Shown: one piece after another, positions 61,341 to 64,000 of the stretch
Numbering within the stretch: position 1 is the first letter of the stretch
How the letters are laid out: each line of letters begins with the position of its first letter
Assembly (NCBI GenBank): GCA_964472875.1
Contig: CAYYMD010000001.1
Location: 11,505 to 75,504, forward strand
Reading direction: 5' to 3'
DNA length: 64,000 nt
DNA from: an uncultured Planctomycetaceae bacterium
GTDB lineage: Bacteria; Planctomycetota; Phycisphaerae; SM23-33
Translations under genes and position numbers: made by a program
Notes under the pieces: generated by a model
Seen by the model: only the letters and a program-made list of their open reading frames with translations
The model's database searches: none
Told to the model about the DNA's origin: nothing

Positions 61341-63407
61341 CTATTCTTGCTTGCCGGACTGGCTCATCTGGCCGGTATTTTTCGCCTCATCCTGTCCGGC
61401 ATTGTTGCTCTTGCCGGCCGGTGTGTCTGTTCGGCCTTGCGGCCGCGGCTTCATATCCGGACGTTTCGGTCCTGGAAGAGGATCAACATACCTCTTCTGG
61501 AAACCGAAAGTATCCCTGACTTTCTTATCTTTAATCATGCCCGCATCACGTGGACGATTCGGAGGAACTACTCGAGGATAAGGTTTGCCGAGATCGTGCA
61601 TCATAATGTGTTTGATTAGATATTTGATGCTGGAGTGGCGAAACTCATCCGCCCAGTACGCCTGTTCTGTAAGACGTTCTTTCAGGCGGACCGCCTGTAT
61701 CATCCTCGGCTCCAGTGACAGGGCGTTATCCACATACCACAGGGCCTCCTGCGGCCTTCCGGCCCGCATCGCCTTTCTTGCCTTGCGCATGTAGCCCTGA
61801 GCGATGCGCTCGCGGGCCCACCACTGGACACCCTTGCGGCTGCCGATGTAATAACGGTAAACGTTGCCTTTCATCTGTTCTCCGACCGCTTCGGCGGCGT
61901 CCTGCTTGATTATGTGCGGGGTGATAAGGACGATTATTTCTCTTCGGGTAGTTTCATCCTTTGTACCGCGGAAGGCGGCGCCAAGGTATGGCACATCACC
62001 AAGCATGGGTATCTGGTTGCGACTCGTTGTTGTCTTTTCGCGGAACAGCCCGCCTATTACTATGGTCCTTCCGTCACGAACCATAACGTTGGAGGTCACT
62101 TCCGTGGTCTCCTCACTGGGCAGGGCCAGTTCACCCTGAACCTGCACGCTGCCTATTGAATCTTCGGGGTGGAGCTCCATCCGGACGTAGCCGTCCTTGC
62201 CCACGTAAGGCCTGACCACCAGCCGCGTGCCCGTTTCCAAGAATTCGACGGTCTGCGTGGCTGTGGTTTCGGTTATAGTCGTGGTTATGTAGCCGTCGCG
62301 GTTGCCGACCATCACCTCGCCCCGCTGCTTGTTGACCACGAGTATTTTTGGATTGGCCAGAACAGTAACGTCCGTTACGGACTCCAGCGCTCGAACGAAA
62401 AATGACACGTCATTGCTGAGAAAGCCAATGCTGACACCGCCCTCGGGTACTATGCCCGAGAAATCCGTTCCAACCTGACCGGCCCGGACTCCGCGTAGAG
62501 CGTCGCTTTCGAGGCCGCCGGTGGTCATGTCGCCGATCCCGCCGTTGCTCGTGGCCGAGCCGATGCTCTGGAAGTCGATGCCGGCCAGCGTATTCATGTC
62601 TATGCCGAGATAGTTTTTCTCGGTGAGCTTGGCGCTAAGAATGGTGGCCTCTATGAGCACCTGTTCTGGTTTGACGTCGAGGCGCTGCACGATTTTGCGG
62701 ACTTTCTCGATATTCTCCTTGTAATCACGGACAACCAGGACGTCATCGGTCGCGTAGGAGTTGCCGCCGGCCTCAGTGTCCGAGGTCTCGATGCCCATCT
62801 CAGCTTCCGGAGTAAGCGCTATGGCGCCCTGGTCCGAGAGAACCGGCTCTATAAGCGTCTTGGCGTCCTTGGCGGTAACGTATGAAAGGTGGAAAACCTC
62901 CACGGAGACCTTTCTTTGGGCCTTGCGGATCTCCTGGAGTTGTTCGGGCGTATATACGTAAATGAAATTTCCCTTCTCTACGTAAACGTATCCGGTGGAT
63001 TTAAGGACCGCCTCCAGGGCCTCATCGAACGTCACGCCGTAAAGGTCAGCCGTAACCTCGCCGGCAACCTCTTTGGTGGCGATTATATTCTTGCGTCCCT
63101 GCGTGCTGAGCATCTGTAATACGCCGCGAAGGTCCGCTCCCTGGACGTGTATTTCGAAAGTGCCCGGCCGGGTCATCTTTACAGGGCCGCTTTGTTCACC
63201 GGCCGGCTTGGCGGCGCCGGCGCTGTCATCCCCCTCGGCGGGGCCTGTGGTAGTCGTTTGGCCACCATCCGAAAATAGCCGTCCCAGAAAGGTGTCTTCT
63301 CCCGGGGCGACACCCGCAGATATAAATACAACCAGGACCGCTGCCACCGCAATCCGGGCACCAATGCCCTTGAATCCATTCATTTTTAAACTCCTCTTAT
63401 TTTTCAT
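61341..63407 (-). CDS. secretin (GspD/PilQ family) with ~190-aa C-terminal extension
   Basis: N0/secretin_N domains (ATKEVAGEVTADLYGVTFDEALEAVL), secretin core (VLIEATILSAKLTEK...GDVPYLGAAFRGT..EIIVLITPHII), then extra C-terminal region with TPR-like segment. Confidence 0.9.
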   Translation of the reverse strand: MKNKRSLKMNGFKGIGARIAVAAVLVVFISAGVAPGEDTFLGRLFSDGGQTTTTGPAEGDDSAGAAKPAGEQSGPVKMTRPGTFEIHVQGADLRGVLQMLSTQGRKNIIATKEVAGEVTADLYGVTFDEALEAVLKSTGYVYVEKGNFIYVYTPEQLQEIRKAQRKVSVEVFHLSYVTAKDAKTLIEPVLSDQGAIALTPEAEMGIETSDTEAGGNSYATDDVLVVRDYKENIEKVRKIVQRLDVKPEQVLIEATILSAKLTEKNYLGIDMNTLAGIDFQSIGSATSNGGIGDMTTGGLESDALRGVRAGQVGTDFSGIVPEGGVSIGFLSNDVSFFVRALESVTDVTVLANPKILVVNKQRGEVMVGNRDGYITTTITETTATQTVEFLETGTRLVVRPYVGKDGYVRMELHPEDSIGSVQVQGELALPSEETTEVTSNVMVRDGRTIVIGGLFREKTTTSRNQIPMLGDVPYLGAAFRGTKDETTRREIIVLITPHIIKQDAAEAVGEQMKGNVYRYYIGSRKGVQWWARERIAQGYMRKARKAMRAGRPQEALWYVDNALSLEPRMIQAVRLKERLTEQAYWADEFRHSSIKYLIKHIMMHDLGKPYPRVVPPNRPRDAGMIKDKKVRDTFGFQKRYVDPLPGPKRPDMKPRPQGRTDTPAGKSNNAGQDEAKNTGQMSQSGKQE

Positions 63408-63478
63408 CCGGCCGCTTCCTGAGCTGCCGGTACCGGCGCGCCCTTCATAAGCTGCCGGAATTACCTCATACGTATTCG

Positions 63479-63985
63479 TTATCGGCTTTTCATGGTAAGG
63501 ATTATACTAACGCCTTCTTTTTTTACCTCGCATGATCGGGCTGTTATGTCGACTACCTTGAAACCGCTAATCCATTCGCCTTCGCGCAGCACCTTCCCGT
63601 TGATAATGGCGATGGGAACATCCGACACCACCGTGCTCTGCAGTGAAAGCGCCTTGGACTGGGCAAGCACCATCTGCCTGTGGGCCTCGATGCGCTGCTG
63701 CTTCTGATTGCTGCTTTCCTTCTGCTGAGCATCGGTTTTTGTATCTTTCTTTACGCGAGGTGGAAAGTATTGTGGATCCGGTTTGAATATGTCCCTGTCA
63801 ATCCTGGGACGCTCCTTTTGAGCGGAATCTTTTTCACGTGAAAGAGCCCTTGCCATTTGCACCGGGTCATTTGGCAAACTTCTAATTGAGGAATCGGACG
63901 ATTGCGCCGGCGCGGCGGCAACCGTGCGTGGGCGCGCCGGCGAGCCGCCCTTTAATACCGTTTTCAAAACCACTACAAGCGCCAC
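63479..63985 (-). CDS. PilP/GspC-like pilus/secretion assembly protein (secretin-interacting C-terminal domain)
   Basis: C-terminal beta-domain VVSDVPIAIINGKVLREGEWISGFKVVDITARSCEVKKEGVSIIL resembles the PilP/GspC HR domain; N-terminal part K/Q-rich; function inferred. Confidence 0.45.
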   Translation of the reverse strand: MALVVVLKTVLKGGSPARPRTVAAAPAQSSDSSIRSLPNDPVQMARALSREKDSAQKERPRIDRDIFKPDPQYFPPRVKKDTKTDAQQKESSNQKQQRIEAHRQMVLAQSKALSLQSTVVSDVPIAIINGKVLREGEWISGFKVVDITARSCEVKKEGVSIILTMKSR

Positions 63986-64000
63986 GATAACGAGAATACC

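Overview
This is a high-GC bacterial chromosomal window. The gene content suggests a Planctomycetota/PVC-like organism: a Tat-signal sulfatase, HEAT and TPR lipoproteins, and K/E-rich tails on ribosomal proteins. It falls into three blocks. (1) 1-19.7 kb holds mixed housekeeping and regulatory genes. These include a NIF-type Fe-S system (nifU-nifS plus a Zn-ribbon/HD protein), a sulfatase, and an MlaFED-like ABC transporter fused in operon with a phosphorylatable STAS protein, an RsbW-type serine kinase and a HEAT lipoprotein. The block also carries endonuclease V, dapB, kdsB, ispG, a methyltransferase-LarA-like-GAF/PP2C phosphatase trio, and folE-queG-HIT. (2) 19.7-52.7 kb is a continuous minus-strand ribosomal/transcription superoperon of about 33 kb. 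Transcription runs from tRNA-Thr-tuf-rpmG-tRNA-Trp-secE-nusG-L11-L1-L10-L7/L12-rpoB-rpoC-S12-S7-fusA through the S10/spc/alpha clusters to rpoA-L17. I recovered the small genes rpmJ and rpmG and two tRNAs by hand translation. rpmD and infA are not present in their usual positions. (3) 52.8-64.0 kb is a co-directional type II secretion / type IV pilus-like cluster: PilP/GspC-like, secretin, TPR lipoprotein, GspE/PilB ATPase, GspF/PilC platform. Interleaved with it are a PAS histidine kinase, a stand-alone receiver, a Cys-rich GAF-HD-GYP c-di-GMP phosphodiesterase and a second STAS protein. The ATPase N-terminus carries tandem MshEN-like c-di-GMP-binding motifs, so this looks like a c-di-GMP-gated secretion/pilus machine. 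It is the most interesting candidate system in the window, together with the Mla/partner-switch operon. I found no CRISPR arrays, IS elements or prophage signatures. The ORF track uses ATG/GTG/TTG starts, so some N-termini are over-extended and I give corrected starts where the sequence supports them. My hand-derived coordinates may be off by 1-2 nt.
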